Numbered from the stretch's first letter, positions 36,236-47,088 are shown. The stretch: 64,000 nt of DNA from an uncultured Solirubrobacterales bacterium (GCA_963774785.1 CAVZGH010000001.1:1862811-1926810); one strand, 5' to 3'. Numbers and translations are program-made. Notes: generated by a model from the sequence alone, not told the origin.

Positions 36236-37120
36236 ATGCGCGACGAGGCGACATTCCGGGTCAAGACAGGCCTGGCGGAGATGCTGAAGGGTGGCGTGAT
36301 CATGGACGTCGTCACGCCCGAGCAGGCGAAGGTCGCCGAGGACGCCGGCGCCGCCGCGGTGATGGCGCTCGAGCGCGTGCCCGCCGATATCCGTCGCGAC
36401 GGGGGGGTGGCGCGGATGAGCGACCCGGAGATGATCGCAGGGATTCAGGAGGTCGTCACGATCCCGGTGATGGCGAAGGCGCGGATCGGGCACTTCCTCG
36501 AGGCGCGGGTGCTGCAGGCGCTGGAGGTCGACTACGTCGACGAGTCGGAGGTGCTGACGCCCGCGGACGAGGCCAACCACATCGACAAGTGGGCGTTCAA
36601 GGTCCCGTTCGTGTGCGGCGCGACGAACCTCGGCGAGGCGCTGCGCCGGATCGGCGAGGGCGCTGCGATGATCCGCTCGAAGGGCGAGGCCGGGACGGGA
36701 GACATCGTCGAGGCGGTCCGGCACATGCGCAAGATCAACGGTGAGATCCGCCGGTTGGGCACGCTCGACGACGCCGAGCTCGCGACCGCCGCCAAGGAGC
36801 TCGCCGCGCCGCTCGAGCTCGTCCGCGAGATCGCCCGCGAGGGACGGCTGCCGGTCGTGCTGTTCTGCGCCGGCGGGATCGCGACGCCGGCCGACGCGGC
36901 GCTGATGATGGCGCTCGGCGCCGAGGGCGTGTTCGTCGGCTCGGGCATCTTCAAGTCCGAGGACCCCCCTTCGCGTGCGCGCGCGATCGTCGAAGCGACG
37001 ACGCACTGGCAGGACCCCGAGCGCGTCGCCGCGGCCTCGCGCGGGCTGGGGCCGGCGATGGTCAGCCTGGAGAGCGCGAAGCTGGACGACTCGCAGCTCC
37101 TCGCCCAGCGCGGCTGGTAG
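36236..37120 (+). CDS. pdxS: Pyridoxal 5'-phosphate synthase, lyase subunit
   Basis: [33 protein letters not shown] and [11 protein letters not shown]. Confidence 0.97.
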   Translation: MRDEATFRVKTGLAEMLKGGVIMDVVTPEQAKVAEDAGAAAVMALERVPADIRRDGGVARMSDPEMIAGIQEVVTIPVMAKARIGHFLEARVLQALEVDYVDESEVLTPADEANHIDKWAFKVPFVCGATNLGEALRRIGEGAAMIRSKGEAGTGDIVEAVRHMRKINGEIRRLGTLDDAELATAAKELAAPLELVREIAREGRLPVVLFCAGGIATPADAALMMALGAEGVFVGSGIFKSEDPPSRARAIVEATTHWQDPERVAAASRGLGPAMVSLESAKLDDSQLLAQRGW

Positions 37121-37170
37121 CCGGCAGATGACCGACTTATAGGTTCGTTTTTGACAAGTGTGAGCGAGTA

Positions 37171-37746
37171 ATGCCGCTGATTGGGGTGCTGGCGCTGCAA
37201 GGCGATTTTGCGGCGCATGGGCGGATGCTGCGGGGGTTGGGCGCAGAGGTACGCGAGGTGCGGGTGCCGGCCGACCTGGAGGGCCTCGAAGGGCTCCTGA
37301 TCCCAGGAGGAGAGTCGACGACGATGACGCTCGGGATCGAGCGCGAGGGGCTGGCCGAGCCGCTGCGGGAGATCGTTCACGCGGGTGTGCCCGTCCTTGG
37401 CTCGTGCGCGGGGCTGATAATGCTCGACCGCGACCACCTCGGCCTGATGGACATCCGCGCGAAGCGCAACGCGTTCGGGCGACAGCTGCAGAGCTTCGAG
37501 GTGGACATCGAGATGCATTGCATCAACGCTGATCCCGCGAGCCTTGCCGACGCACCGGGCCGGCCGCTGCGAGCGGTGTTCATCCGCGCGCCGTGGATCG
37601 CCGAGCACGGCCCCGGCGTCGAGATCCTCGCCGAGGTGGATGGCCATCCCGTCGCCGCGCGTGAGCAGAACAAGCTCGCGGTCGCGTTTCACGCCGAGCT
37701 GACCGACGACGATCGGATTCACCGGCTATTCCTCGGCGCGATTTGA
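37171..37746 (+). CDS. pdxT: PLP synthase, glutaminase subunit
   Basis: GVLALQG, PGGESTT, GSCAG, RNAFGRQ, FIRAP and FHAE; follows pdxS. Confidence 0.96.
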   Translation: MPLIGVLALQGDFAAHGRMLRGLGAEVREVRVPADLEGLEGLLIPGGESTTMTLGIEREGLAEPLREIVHAGVPVLGSCAGLIMLDRDHLGLMDIRAKRNAFGRQLQSFEVDIEMHCINADPASLADAPGRPLRAVFIRAPWIAEHGPGVEILAEVDGHPVAAREQNKLAVAFHAELTDDDRIHRLFLGAI

Positions 37747-37796
37747 CGTGGTTGTGACAGAAATGCGACGCAATTGCAACGTAAGTGCGATGAAAA

Positions 37797-37843
37797 CGTG
37801 ACAGGAACGTAAAGGCCGTCGTGACAGGAACGTAAAGGCCGTC
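37797..37843. repeat. 23-bp tandem duplication in an AT-richer intergenic region
   Basis: GTGACAGGAACGTAAAGGCCGTC x2 (37798-37820, 37821-37843). Confidence 0.9.
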
Positions 37844-37934
37844 CGTTGCATGCCTTCCGTTGAAGATTGCGTATAACTATGGTATCACGCAGTCTTTAAA
37901 GAGCAACGACCCTGCCGGCGTCTTTATCTTTCAT

Positions 37935-39392
37935 TCAGAGGTTCGCGACGACAGTTCGTTTCGTCGTCGCGGTCTTTGCCCTGTCCGGTGCTCGCGTCCG
38001 CCCGCCGGGTTTCTTCGACGTACGCCGCCTGTGTTTGCCGGGCGCCGGCACGGCCGGCGGGATCGGCTCGTCTGAGCCCGACTCGGCGAGCGTTTGCACG
38101 AGCGGCTCATCGAGCACCCCGAGCACGCGGTTGATCGCCGCGTGGATCTCGCCGACGAGCAGGCCGTCGGCGTCGAGCGCCTCGGCTTCGGCGAACGACC
38201 ACGTGTGCGAGACGTGTAGGGCGGGGCGCAGGTGCAGCGCGCGGCGTCCGAGCGTCTGCATGAAGCGCTCCAGGCGCTCCTCGTCCGCCTGCGACGCGTA
38301 GCCACGCTCCAGTAGCCACGGCCACAGCTCGGGGGCGAGCGCGTCGCGATGGTGGGCGCCGACGTGGGCCCAGTCCTCGCCCTGCCAGCGCCGCGCGTAG
38401 GTGGCGGCGTCGAGCGTGCAGGTGAGATACACACATACGCGCTTGGGGGCGTTGCGAAAGCCCAGCAGCGGCTGGGGCACAACCCGCCAGGGACCACCCC
38501 GGGCTCCTTCGTCGAGCCCCGTCAGGCGCTCGGCGTGTGAGGTGGTGTACAGCGCCTGCGCTTGGGGCTTGAGCTCCCCCGGCCACATGTGCAGTGTGAG
38601 GGCGCCCCCCTCGATCTCCAGCGCCGCGCGCTGCAGCGCCTTGCAGCCCGCCCCCGTGTCGAGGCGCACGTGCACGAGCCCGACGCGCTCGGGCTGAATC
38701 GAGGTCGCCTCGCGCAGCAGCGAGCGCAGGCGCCAGCGGCGGCGCAGTGGATCTTCGCCGACGCGACGCAGGCTGCCGAACGGGAGCAGTTCGGAGAAGT
38801 CCTGCTGGGCATAGCCGAGCAGGTCACCGATCAGCATCTGCTCGGCGGGGGAGAGCGCGCCGATCTCGACCAGCCGCCACCACGACTCGAGCAGATCGTG
38901 CCAGCGCAAGAGGCACGTGCGCCGCTGCGCGAACTCGACGCCGCCGAAGTTGACCTCCGCGACGCGGTGCCCGTTGCGCCGTGCCCAGCGGCGGCAGACC
39001 TTGCTCTCGAGCAGCACGACCAGCTCGGGGTCGAAGCGCAGCACGCCGTCGAAGCGCTGCCCGCGATCGGTTTCGACGATCTCGGTCTCGATCTGGGGCG
39101 GCTCGAAGTCGGGCGTCAGAAACACGCTCACCAGCCGCGCGCGTCGCACCCTGCCGTTCGAGGCGCCTTCCTCGCTGGGGTCGACGAGGTGGTGGGCCTG
39201 CAGATCGACCGTGCAGTCGGGCAGTTCGCTGAGCGAGCGCTCACCGATCGCGCGCAGCAGCGTCTCGCGCGCGAGCGGCACGAGCCGCAGCACGATCATC
39301 GCCGCGCGGGTCAGCTGATCCTCGTGGCCGCGGGCGAGGTCGGTATAGGGCTCGAAGACGCTCAAGCGGGGGTTCGCGGTGAAGCTCTGCAC
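37935..39392 (-). CDS. Hypothetical protein with a putative PD-(D/E)XK nuclease domain
   Basis: HEDQLTRA helix, then RFDGVL...VVLLESK motif; 485-aa ORF. Confidence 0.6.
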   Translation of the reverse strand: MQSFTANPRLSVFEPYTDLARGHEDQLTRAAMIVLRLVPLARETLLRAIGERSLSELPDCTVDLQAHHLVDPSEEGASNGRVRRARLVSVFLTPDFEPPQIETEIVETDRGQRFDGVLRFDPELVVLLESKVCRRWARRNGHRVAEVNFGGVEFAQRRTCLLRWHDLLESWWRLVEIGALSPAEQMLIGDLLGYAQQDFSELLPFGSLRRVGEDPLRRRWRLRSLLREATSIQPERVGLVHVRLDTGAGCKALQRAALEIEGGALTLHMWPGELKPQAQALYTTSHAERLTGLDEGARGGPWRVVPQPLLGFRNAPKRVCVYLTCTLDAATYARRWQGEDWAHVGAHHRDALAPELWPWLLERGYASQADEERLERFMQTLGRRALHLRPALHVSHTWSFAEAEALDADGLLVGEIHAAINRVLGVLDEPLVQTLAESGSDEPIPPAVPAPGKHRRRTSKKPGGRTRAPDRAKTATTKRTVVANL

Positions 39393-39578
39393 GGCGCCAA
39401 TCGCCCTCCTCCCGTCAGATCTCGTCCTGAGCTACTGCCAATGACATCTCATAAACAGTAACGTCTCTCGACTCACATCTGAACTCTAGCGGACAATTGC
39501 GTTCCCGCAAAACCGAGCGGTAAATCGCCGGCGTGGCCTGTCTTCTGCGGTCCGTATAAGGGTGGATCGAAGGGCGAT

Positions 39579-40628
39579 CTATGCCGTGGTGAAACGCACC
39601 ACGCCGCCGGACTCCTGTTCGACGATGCGTCCGTCGGCGAGCAGCAGATCGACGTGGCCAAGCACCTCCGAGAGCGTCAGGTAGGCCTGGGTGACCGCGA
39701 TGTTGCCCCACAGCTCGAGCGCGATCTCGTGCGCGGTGCGCGGCGCGGCCGCGATCAGGCCGTGGATCTTCGCGGCACGGCGCTCGTGCATGCGCAGGCG
39801 CGCCTCGATCAGGGCGGCATGGTCATCGATCGGCTCGCCGTGTCCCGGCAGCACGAGCGACAGCTCCATCTCGTGCGTGCGCCGCAGCGAGGCGATGTAG
39901 TCAACGAGCGCCCGCGGGCGCGGCCCGGTGAAGTCCGCGCCGGCGCCGAGCGGACGCGCGATCAGGGGGTTCGAGGAGATGTGCTTGATCAGGTGATCGG
40001 CGGCCAGCATCGTCGTGGTTGCCTCGTCGTGCAATACCGTGTCGGAGGGGCTGTGGCCGGGACGGTGCAGCACGCGCAGCGTGCGGTCGCGCAGCGCGAG
40101 CTCCTCGCCGTCGCGCAGCGGCCGGGTGACCTCGACGGCCGCGCCCCACGCGCGAAAGCTCGCCGAGACCGCGCGCAGCGCGGTGACGACGTCGACGGGG
40201 ATGCCGTGCAGGAGCATCGTCCGCTCGGCGAAGCGGTCGTCGAGCTCGGCCGCCTCGCGGAAGTCGCCCAGGTAGGGAGCGAGCCCCTGCAGCGCGGCGA
40301 CCTCGGCGCCGGAGCGCCGCGCGAGGATCGCGGCGAGGCCGAAGTGGTCGATGTGCTGGTGGGTTATGAGGAGCAGCTCGATCTCCTCGATCGCGTGTCC
40401 GCGCGCGGCGAGCGCCTGTTCGAGCTCGTCCAGCGCCTTGCCCGAGTTCGGGCCGGAGTCGATCAACGTCAGCGGCGAGTCCTCGATCAGGTACGCGTTC
40501 ACGCGCCCGACCTGGAACGGGGTCGGGATCGCGAGGCGATGGATGCCCTGCTCGGCCGCGCGCGCCAACAGGGTCGTCTCCTCGCGCTGCTCAGACCCCT
40601 CGCGCTGCTCAGGCGGCGGGTTACTCAT
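39579..40628 (-). CDS. MBL-fold metallo-hydrolase
   Basis: THQHIDHFG, PGHS and PGHG motifs. Confidence 0.92.
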   Translation of the reverse strand: MSNPPPEQREGSEQREETTLLARAAEQGIHRLAIPTPFQVGRVNAYLIEDSPLTLIDSGPNSGKALDELEQALAARGHAIEEIELLLITHQHIDHFGLAAILARRSGAEVAALQGLAPYLGDFREAAELDDRFAERTMLLHGIPVDVVTALRAVSASFRAWGAAVEVTRPLRDGEELALRDRTLRVLHRPGHSPSDTVLHDEATTTMLAADHLIKHISSNPLIARPLGAGADFTGPRPRALVDYIASLRRTHEMELSLVLPGHGEPIDDHAALIEARLRMHERRAAKIHGLIAAAPRTAHEIALELWGNIAVTQAYLTLSEVLGHVDLLLADGRIVEQESGGVVRFTTA

Positions 40629-40712
40629 CTGGGGGGGCTGCGCACGCGGGTGACCGAGGACGCCGGCCGATCCCGGACGATCGCTCCCGTGCCGCCATGC
40701 GGGCTCGGGGAT

Positions 40713-42140
40713 TCACGAGCGGATTAGACCCAAGACCTCATCGCGGCGTTTTTCCATGTCCTGCACGGAGACGAGCGACTCCAGGCACAGTCGCAGCAGT
40801 GGCTCGGTGTTCGAGGGGCGCACGTTGAAATGCCAGTCGGGGTAGTCGATCGAGATGCCGTCGAGCTGTTTCTGCTCGGCGTCGGCGTAGCGCACGGCGA
40901 TCTCCGCCATCTTCGCCTCCTGGTCGGAGACCTCGGAGTTGATCTCGCCGGAGATGAAGTACTTCGAGCGGTAGGGCTCGAGCAGCCGCGACATCGAGGA
41001 GCCGCTGCGCGAGAGCAGCTCGAGTACGAGCAGCGCCGGGATCGTGCCCGAGTCCGCGCAGTAGAAGTCGCGGAAGTAGTAGTGACCGGAGACCTCTCCG
41101 CCGAACAGCGAGCCCTCCTTGCGCATCCGCGTCTTGAAGAAGGCGTGCCCGACACGGTTGACGTGCGCGACGCCGCCGGCGCGCGCGACCGTGTCCGCGA
41201 CCGCGCGCGAGGCGCGCACGTCGTAGAGGATCGCCTCGGGGCGGGTGGGGATCGCCTCGGGGCGGGTGGGGATCGCCTCGCGGCGGGTGGGGTCCGAGCG
41301 TTTGCCGAGCAGCGACTCGGCGAGCAGCGCGGTGAGGAAGTCGCCGTCGACGAAGCGCCCGGTCTCGTCGATGAAGAAGCAGCGGTCGGCGTCGCCGTCC
41401 CATGCGATCCCGAGGTCGGCGCCGGTCGAGAGCACGCGGTCGATGATGAACTGGCGGTTCTCCGGCAGCAGCGGGTTGGGCTCGTGCTCGGGGAAGTTCC
41501 CGTCCGGGGTCCAGCAGGTCTCGATCAGATCCAAGCCGAACCCCTCGAGCAGCGGGCCGGCGACGGGCCCGGCCATTCCGTTGCCGCCGTCGACGACCAC
41601 CTTCAAGGGCTTGATCGCCGATGGGTCGATGAATTTGAGGACCGCCTTGTGGAACTCCCCGTAGAGGTCGACCTGCTCGAGCGAGCCTTCGCTGGAAGAC
41701 TCCGGCAACCCAGACTCGATCATGCGGCGGATGTCCTGGATGCCGCTGTCGCCGGAGAGCGCGATCGCGCCCTCGCGCACGAGCTTCGCGCCTGTATAGG
41801 CCTTCGGGTTGTGCGAGGCCGTGCACATCAGGCCGCCGTCGAGCTCGCGCGAGCCGACGAGGTAGTAGAGCATCTCGGTGCCGACCTGCCCGGCGTCGAG
41901 CACGTTCGCGCCCTCGCCCAAGAGTCCCGCGCGATAGCGCTCGGACAGCTCGGGCGCGGTGAGGCGCATGTCGTGCCCGAGGCCGACGCGCAGCTCGGTG
42001 ACGGGCTTGCCGGAGAGGTCTGAGAGCACGTGCGCGAACGCGCGGCCGATCCGCTCGGCGAGGAGGCCGTCGATCTGCTCGCCGTACAGGCCGCGGATGT
42101 CGTAGGCCTTGAAGATGTCGGGTGTGGGGGAGGGGGTCAT
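40713..42140 (-). CDS. Phosphomannomutase/phosphoglucomutase
   Basis: FKAYDIRG, TASHNP, DGDADR, GEVSGH and RPSNTEP. Confidence 0.95.
   Translation of the reverse strand: MTPSPTPDIFKAYDIRGLYGEQIDGLLAERIGRAFAHVLSDLSGKPVTELRVGLGHDMRLTAPELSERYRAGLLGEGANVLDAGQVGTEMLYYLVGSRELDGGLMCTASHNPKAYTGAKLVREGAIALSGDSGIQDIRRMIESGLPESSSEGSLEQVDLYGEFHKAVLKFIDPSAIKPLKVVVDGGNGMAGPVAGPLLEGFGLDLIETCWTPDGNFPEHEPNPLLPENRQFIIDRVLSTGADLGIAWDGDADRCFFIDETGRFVDGDFLTALLAESLLGKRSDPTRREAIPTRPEAIPTRPEAILYDVRASRAVADTVARAGGVAHVNRVGHAFFKTRMRKEGSLFGGEVSGHYYFRDFYCADSGTIPALLVLELLSRSGSSMSRLLEPYRSKYFISGEINSEVSDQEAKMAEIAVRYADAEQKQLDGISIDYPDWHFNVRPSNTEPLLRLCLESLVSVQDMEKRRDEVLGLIRS
41228..41290. repeat. In-frame 21-bp x3 repeat inside the PMM gene
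   Basis: GGATCGCCTCG(G/C)GGCGGGTGG x3 encoding PTR(R/P)EAI. Confidence 0.9.
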
Positions 42141-42283
42141 TGGCTCGCAATCCTATGGGTTGCCTGGGGGCCTTGATCGGATGACCCTCGGAGGACCCTC
42201 GGGCTTCGTGCGCGCGCGTCTCAGTGGGTCCTGCATCCCCCGATCCATGTGCACGGGTGCGCGCAGTTCGTAGACTGGCGGAC

Positions 42284-43034
42284 ATGTCCGGACATTCCAA
42301 GTGGGCCAGCATCAAGCACAAGAAGGCGATCGTCGACTCGCGTCGCGGCGCGCAGTTCACGAAGCTCGCGCGCTCGGTCACGGTCGCCGCGCGCGACGGC
42401 GGCGGCGACCCGGTCGGCAACCCGGCGCTCGAGCTCGCGATCCGCAAGGCGAAGGAAGCGAGCATGCCGAAGGAGAACATCGAACGCGCGATCGCAAAGG
42501 GCACGGGGGAGGGGGGCGAGGCCGAGGCGATCGAAGCCGTCCTCTATGAGGGCTACGGCCCCGGGGGCGTAGCGGTGCTAGTCGAGGCGCTGACGGATAA
42601 CCGCAACCGCACCGGCGCCGACGTGCGCCACGCCTTCTCCAAGCACGGCGGCAACCTCGGCGAGCCCGGCTCGGTCGCGTATCTGTTCGAGAAGAAGGGC
42701 ACGATCATCGTCGACGCCGAGCGCTACTCCGAAGACGACCTGATGGCCGCGGTCGAGGCCGGCGCCGAGGACATCGTCACCGACGACGGCGCCTTCGAGG
42801 TGCTGGCCGAGCCCGCGAGCTTCTCCGCCGTCAGCGCCGCGCTCACCGCCGCGGGTGTCGAGACCGACAGTGCCGAGATGTCCTACCGCCCGACGAGCCT
42901 CGTGCCGATCGACGAGGGCCAGGCGCGCAAGCTGATGGCCCTCACCGACGCGCTCGAAGAGCTCGACGACGTCGAACGAGGTGCACGCCAACTTCGACGT
43001 GCCCGCCGACGTGCTCGAGCGCGTCGCCGGTTGA
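42284..43034 (+). CDS. yebC: YebC/PmpR-family regulator (1-nt insertion near 42974)
   Basis: MSGHSKWASIKHKK, YEGYGPGG and TDNRNRT; native C-terminus (EVHANFD...VAG*) in the shifted frame ends at TGA 43032-43034. Confidence 0.92.
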
Positions 43035-43768
43035 TGGGGGCCGACAACCTGCGGCCCCCCGTCGTGATCCTCTGCGGCGGGCGCGGCACGCGCCTGCAGG
43101 AGCACACCGCGGAGATCCCCAAGCCGCTCGTCGAGATCGGCGGCCGGCCGATCGTCTGGCACGTGATCCAGCTCTACGCGGTGCAGGGGTTCCGCCGGTT
43201 CATTCTCGCGACGGGCTACAGGGGCGAGCTGATCGAGCGCTTTGCCGCCGACTGCCCATGGCCTGAGGGCGTGCGCGTCGAATGTGCGGACACTGGGCTC
43301 GAAACACCCACGGGCGGCAGGATCAAGCTGCTGGAGGAGCGGCTCGCGGGGAAGGAGCGCTTCTGCGCGACCTACTCCGACGGGGTCGCCGACATCGACC
43401 TCGACGCGCTGCTTGAGTTTCACTCAGATCACGGCGCGCTGGCGAGCATGACCGTCGTCCGTCCCGAGCTCCAGTTCGGCGTCACCGAGCTCGATGGCGC
43501 CGAAGGGCGCGTGCTCGGCTTTCGCGAGAAGCCTCGCTCCGAGCACTGGATCAACGGGGGGTTCTTCTGCATGCAGCATGACGCCTTCAATTACCTCGAG
43601 TCCGACTCCGTGCTCGAGCGCGCGCCGCTCGAACGGCTGGCCGCCGACGGCGAGTTGCGCGCCTACCGACATGAGGGGTTCTGGGAGTGCATGGACACCT
43701 ACAAGGACGCGGTCGCGCTCAATGACCTGTGGGCGTCGGGTGAAGCTCCCTGGCGGCTCTGGGGTTAG
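43034..43768 (+). CDS. Glucose-1-phosphate cytidylyltransferase-like sugar-phosphate nucleotidyltransferase
   Basis: ILCGGRGTRL, PKPLVEIG, TGGRIK, TYSDG, WINGGFF and FWECMDT. Confidence 0.9.
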   Translation: MGADNLRPPVVILCGGRGTRLQEHTAEIPKPLVEIGGRPIVWHVIQLYAVQGFRRFILATGYRGELIERFAADCPWPEGVRVECADTGLETPTGGRIKLLEERLAGKERFCATYSDGVADIDLDALLEFHSDHGALASMTVVRPELQFGVTELDGAEGRVLGFREKPRSEHWINGGFFCMQHDAFNYLESDSVLERAPLERLAADGELRAYRHEGFWECMDTYKDAVALNDLWASGEAPWRLWG

Positions 43769-43825
43769 ATCCGTGGCGGGTCCCGAAGGCCGCCCGGATT
43801 CTCGCCGGCTTTTTAGTGCCCCGGA

Positions 43826-43843
43826 ATGGTAGACTTCTGCCAT
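43826..43843 (+). promoter_or_regulatory. Putative TA operator overlapping the -10 box and start codon
   Basis: ATGGTAGA-CT-TCTGCCAT inverted repeat (1 mismatch) containing TAGACT 6 nt before ATG 43842. Confidence 0.55.
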
Positions 43844-44087
43844 GCTTGCAACCATCGACGCCGCCGGGCGGATCGTGGTCCCCAAGGGGCTGCGTGAGCA
43901 GCTTGGGTTCAAAGCGGGGCAGAAGTTGGAGCTCAGCGCCGTGGACGGCAGGCTCGAGGTGGAGCACCCCACCACGCCCGTGCGCCTGACGAAGCGTGCG
44001 GGGCGACTTGTGGCGGTCGCCGACCGGGCGATGCCTGTACTGACGCAGGCGACGGTGCGCGAGACGCTGGAACAGACTCGCCGGTGA
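43842..44087 (+). CDS. AbrB/MazE-type antitoxin
   Basis: TIDAAGRIVVPKGLREQLG. Confidence 0.9.
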   Translation: MLATIDAAGRIVVPKGLREQLGFKAGQKLELSAVDGRLEVEHPTTPVRLTKRAGRLVAVADRAMPVLTQATVRETLEQTRR

Positions 44088-44500
44088 GCGCCGGCGGCGG
44101 GCAGACACCCGACAGCAGTGTCGTGATCGCCGCGTTCGCCAGCTGGAACGAGCACCACGAGGCGGCGATCCGGGCGCTCGGCGATATTCGGGATCTCGTC
44201 GCCCATGTCGAGATCGAGACCTACTCGGTGTTGACGCGCCTGCCCGAGCCGCTGCGAATGGAGCCGAAGCTGGTCGCTCGCTACCTCCGCGAGGACTATC
44301 CCGGGAAGCGGATGGCGCTGGGAGAGGCCGAGCGGCGCGATCTGCTCGAGCGCTTCGCGGAACTGTCGATCTCCGGCGGCGCGACCTACGACGGCATCGT
44401 CGCGGCCACCGCCGCCCACTGCGGCTGCCGCCTGATCAGCTGCGATCGCCGCGCGGCGAGCACGTACAACCGGCTCGGCGTTGAGGTCACCTACCTCTGA
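44084..44500 (+). CDS. vapC: PIN-domain (VapC) toxin
   Basis: DSSVVIA, E.YSVLTRLP, YDGIVAA and SCDRRA; GTGA overlap with the antitoxin. Confidence 0.9.
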   Translation: MSAGGGQTPDSSVVIAAFASWNEHHEAAIRALGDIRDLVAHVEIETYSVLTRLPEPLRMEPKLVARYLREDYPGKRMALGEAERRDLLERFAELSISGGATYDGIVAATAAHCGCRLISCDRRAASTYNRLGVEVTYL

Positions 44501-44639
44501 ACATCGGATCTCGGGTTGGTCGGCGACCAGCTTGGTCAGTGTTTGCGCCCATTGCGGGATTGCGTAGGTCTGCCTGTGCATGAGCCACGCCCGGGGCAGC
44601 GCGGGCAGGCGTCCGAGGCGACGCGCAGAATCAGGACCC

Positions 44640-45140
44640 GTGATCGTCCTCGGTATCGACCCCGGCCTTGCCAACACGGGCTACGGCGTGGTGCGCAGCG
44701 CCGCCGGCAGGCTCGTGGCGCTCGACGGCGGCGTGATCGAGACGCGGGCCGCGCTGCCGGTCGAGCGGAGGCTGGCCGACATCTACGCGGCGATCGATGC
44801 GCTCCTGGTGGAGCACGACCCCGATGGGATGGCCCTCGAGCAGCTGTACTTCGGCCAGAACGTCAAAACGGCCTTCGCGGTGGGGCAGGCGCGGGGCGTG
44901 ACGATGCTCGCCGCGGGGCAGCGGGGCGTTCGATGTGAGAGCTACACGCCGCAGCAGGTGAAGGGCGCCGTATGCGGCAACGGCCGTGCCGAGAAGGAGC
45001 AGGTCGCGCGGATGGTGCAGGCGCTGCTCGGGCTTCAGGCGCCGCCCGCGCCCGATCACGCCGCCGACGCGCTGGCGGTCGCGATCTGCCACGCAAACTG
45101 CGCGCCGCTGTCGCGGATGCTCCTGGGGGCCATGGGATGA
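44640..45140 (+). CDS. ruvC: Holliday junction resolvase
   Basis: VLGIDPG, GQARGV, YTPQQVK and DHAADALAVA. Confidence 0.96.
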   Translation: MIVLGIDPGLANTGYGVVRSAAGRLVALDGGVIETRAALPVERRLADIYAAIDALLVEHDPDGMALEQLYFGQNVKTAFAVGQARGVTMLAAGQRGVRCESYTPQQVKGAVCGNGRAEKEQVARMVQALLGLQAPPAPDHAADALAVAICHANCAPLSRMLLGAMG

Positions 45141-45252
45141 TCGGGACCTCGAGCGCCGCGATCACAAACGCGCGAGCCTCAATCGCGCGCCCGCACGGCG
45201 AAGATCATGCCGGGATCGCAGCCCTGAAGCCAAAGTTCGGGGGAGCGAAGCG

Positions 45253-45834
45253 ATGATCGGGATGCTCAAGGGCGAGGTCGCCCTCCGCCGCACCGACCAC
45301 GTCGTGATCCTCTGCGGGGGCGTCGGCTACCGCGCGGCGGTCTCCGCGGAGACGCTCCGCCACGTCCCGGCTGCCGGCGAGCAGACGACGCTGCACGCCC
45401 ATCTGATCGTGCGCGACGACGCGCTGCAGCTGTACGGCTTTCACTCCGAGGAGGAGCGCGACCTGTTCCTGCTGCTGCTCTCGGTCCAGGCGGTCGGCCC
45501 GAAGGTCGCGCTGGCGGTGCTCTCCGGCGGCACGCCGCGCGAGCTGCAGGCGGCGATCGCCGGCCAGGACGCGGCCCGCTTCCAGGCGGTGCCGGGGATC
45601 GGCAAGCGCACCGCCGAGCGGATCATCGTCGAGCTGCGCGAGAAGGTCGGCGACGCCGCTCCCAGCGGCCCGATCGTCGCGCGCCGGGGAGAGGGGCCGA
45701 AGGCCCTTGCCCGCGACGGGCTGATCGAGCTCGGCTACGCGCCCGGCGAGGCCGAGGAGCTGTTGCGCGGCGCGGAGGGAGACAGCGCCGAGGAGCTGCT
45801 CGCGCAGGCGTTGCGAACGGCGCGCGCGTCATGA
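45253..45834 (+). CDS. ruvA: Holliday junction branch migration protein
   Basis: MIGMLKG, GGVGY, LYGF, VGPKVAL and [12 protein letters not shown]. Confidence 0.96.
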   Translation: MIGMLKGEVALRRTDHVVILCGGVGYRAAVSAETLRHVPAAGEQTTLHAHLIVRDDALQLYGFHSEEERDLFLLLLSVQAVGPKVALAVLSGGTPRELQAAIAGQDAARFQAVPGIGKRTAERIIVELREKVGDAAPSGPIVARRGEGPKALARDGLIELGYAPGEAEELLRGAEGDSAEELLAQALRTARAS

Positions 45835-45913
45835 GGGCGGGACTTCCTCGTGGCATCGGATCCTGGCCTCCGACGCCTGCCGGGAGCGCCGCCTGGAGGG
45901 CTACGGTGTCGCA

Positions 45914-46954
45914 ATGACCGCCGAGACCGCCGCCCGCATCCAAACCCCTTACCTGGTCGAGGAGGACGAGCTCGACCGCTCGCTGCGCCCCCGGCGCCTG
46001 ACGGACTTCGTCGGGCAGAGGACGCTGCTCGAGCAGCTCGGCGTCGCGATCGAGGCGGCGAGCGCGCGCGGGGAGGCGCTCGACCACCTGCTGCTGGCGG
46101 GGCCGCCGGGCCTCGGCAAGACCTCGCTCGCGCAGATCGTCGCGGCCGAGCTCGAAGTGCCGTTCGTGCAGACCGCCGGACCGGCGCTCGAGCGCAAGGG
46201 TGACATCGCGGCGTTCCTGACCGCGCTCGAGCCGCGCAGCGTGTTCTTCGTCGATGAGATCCACCGCCTGTCGCGCACGCTCGAGGAGACCTTCTACCCG
46301 GCGATGGAGGATCACCGGCTCCCGATCACGGTCGGCCAGGGCGCGGGCGCGCGCGTGGTCACGCTCGAGCTGCCGCCGTTCACGCTCGTGGGAGCCACGA
46401 CGCGCACCGGCCTTCTGACGACGCCGCTGCGTGATCGCTTCGGCATCCAGGCGCGGCTGGAGCCCTATGCGATCGCGGAGCTCGCGAGCATCGTCTCGCG
46501 CTCGGCCGGGATCCTCGAGATCGCCCTCGAGGACGACGGCGCGGCCGCGATCGCGGCACGCAGCCGCGGCACGCCGCGCGTGGCGAACCGGCTGCTGAAG
46601 CGGGTCAGGGACTTCGCCGAGGTGCGCATGGAGGGCGTCGTGACGGCCGCCGCCGCGCAGGCGGCGCTGGAGCTGCTGGAGGTCGACGAGCGCGGCCTCG
46701 ACCGCCTGGACCGCGAGATCCTGCGCGCGATCTGCGTGAAGTTCGACGGCGGTCCGGTCGGGCTTTCGACGCTGGCGGTGGCGGTGGGGGAGGAGCAGGA
46801 CACGATCGAGGACGTCTACGAGCCTTACCTGCTGATGCAAGGGCTAATCAAGCGGACCCCGCGCGGACGGGCCGCGACGCCCGCCGCGTTCGCGCATCTG
46901 GGCATACCTGCTCCCGAGTCGCCTACCCCTGCGGCCGGCCCGGCGCTTTTTTAG
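45914..46954 (+). CDS. ruvB: Holliday junction helicase
   Basis: [20 protein letters not shown] and SRGTPR. Confidence 0.97.
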   Translation: MTAETAARIQTPYLVEEDELDRSLRPRRLTDFVGQRTLLEQLGVAIEAASARGEALDHLLLAGPPGLGKTSLAQIVAAELEVPFVQTAGPALERKGDIAAFLTALEPRSVFFVDEIHRLSRTLEETFYPAMEDHRLPITVGQGAGARVVTLELPPFTLVGATTRTGLLTTPLRDRFGIQARLEPYAIAELASIVSRSAGILEIALEDDGAAAIAARSRGTPRVANRLLKRVRDFAEVRMEGVVTAAAAQAALELLEVDERGLDRLDREILRAICVKFDGGPVGLSTLAVAVGEEQDTIEDVYEPYLLMQGLIKRTPRGRAATPAAFAHLGIPAPESPTPAAGPALF

Positions 46955-47088
46955 CAGGCTCCCTCGAGGACCCTCGGGGGAAAGCACGGGGTAAGCCTGC
47001 TCGCCCGTGGATCCCCTCGACGTCGATACGAAGCGCATTCGAGTCACCCCGCGACCTAGACCCCCTCGCTCCCCTAATCTGTCGAGCA

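Noticed and set aside
35785-36315. ORFs spanning the palindrome/tRNA-like region
   Set aside because: No recognisable motifs or RBS; the ATGs come from the palindrome centres; structure explains the sequence better.
42224-43768. Novel YebC-nucleotidyltransferase fusion (514-aa ORF)
   Set aside because: Created by a 1-nt insertion near 42974; the native YebC C-terminus and a TGATG junction exist in the other frame.
42185-46980. Shared motif CCCTCG(G)AGGACCCTCGGG at 42185 and 46961
   Set aside because: Only two short GC-rich copies; cannot be distinguished from chance or generic hairpins here.
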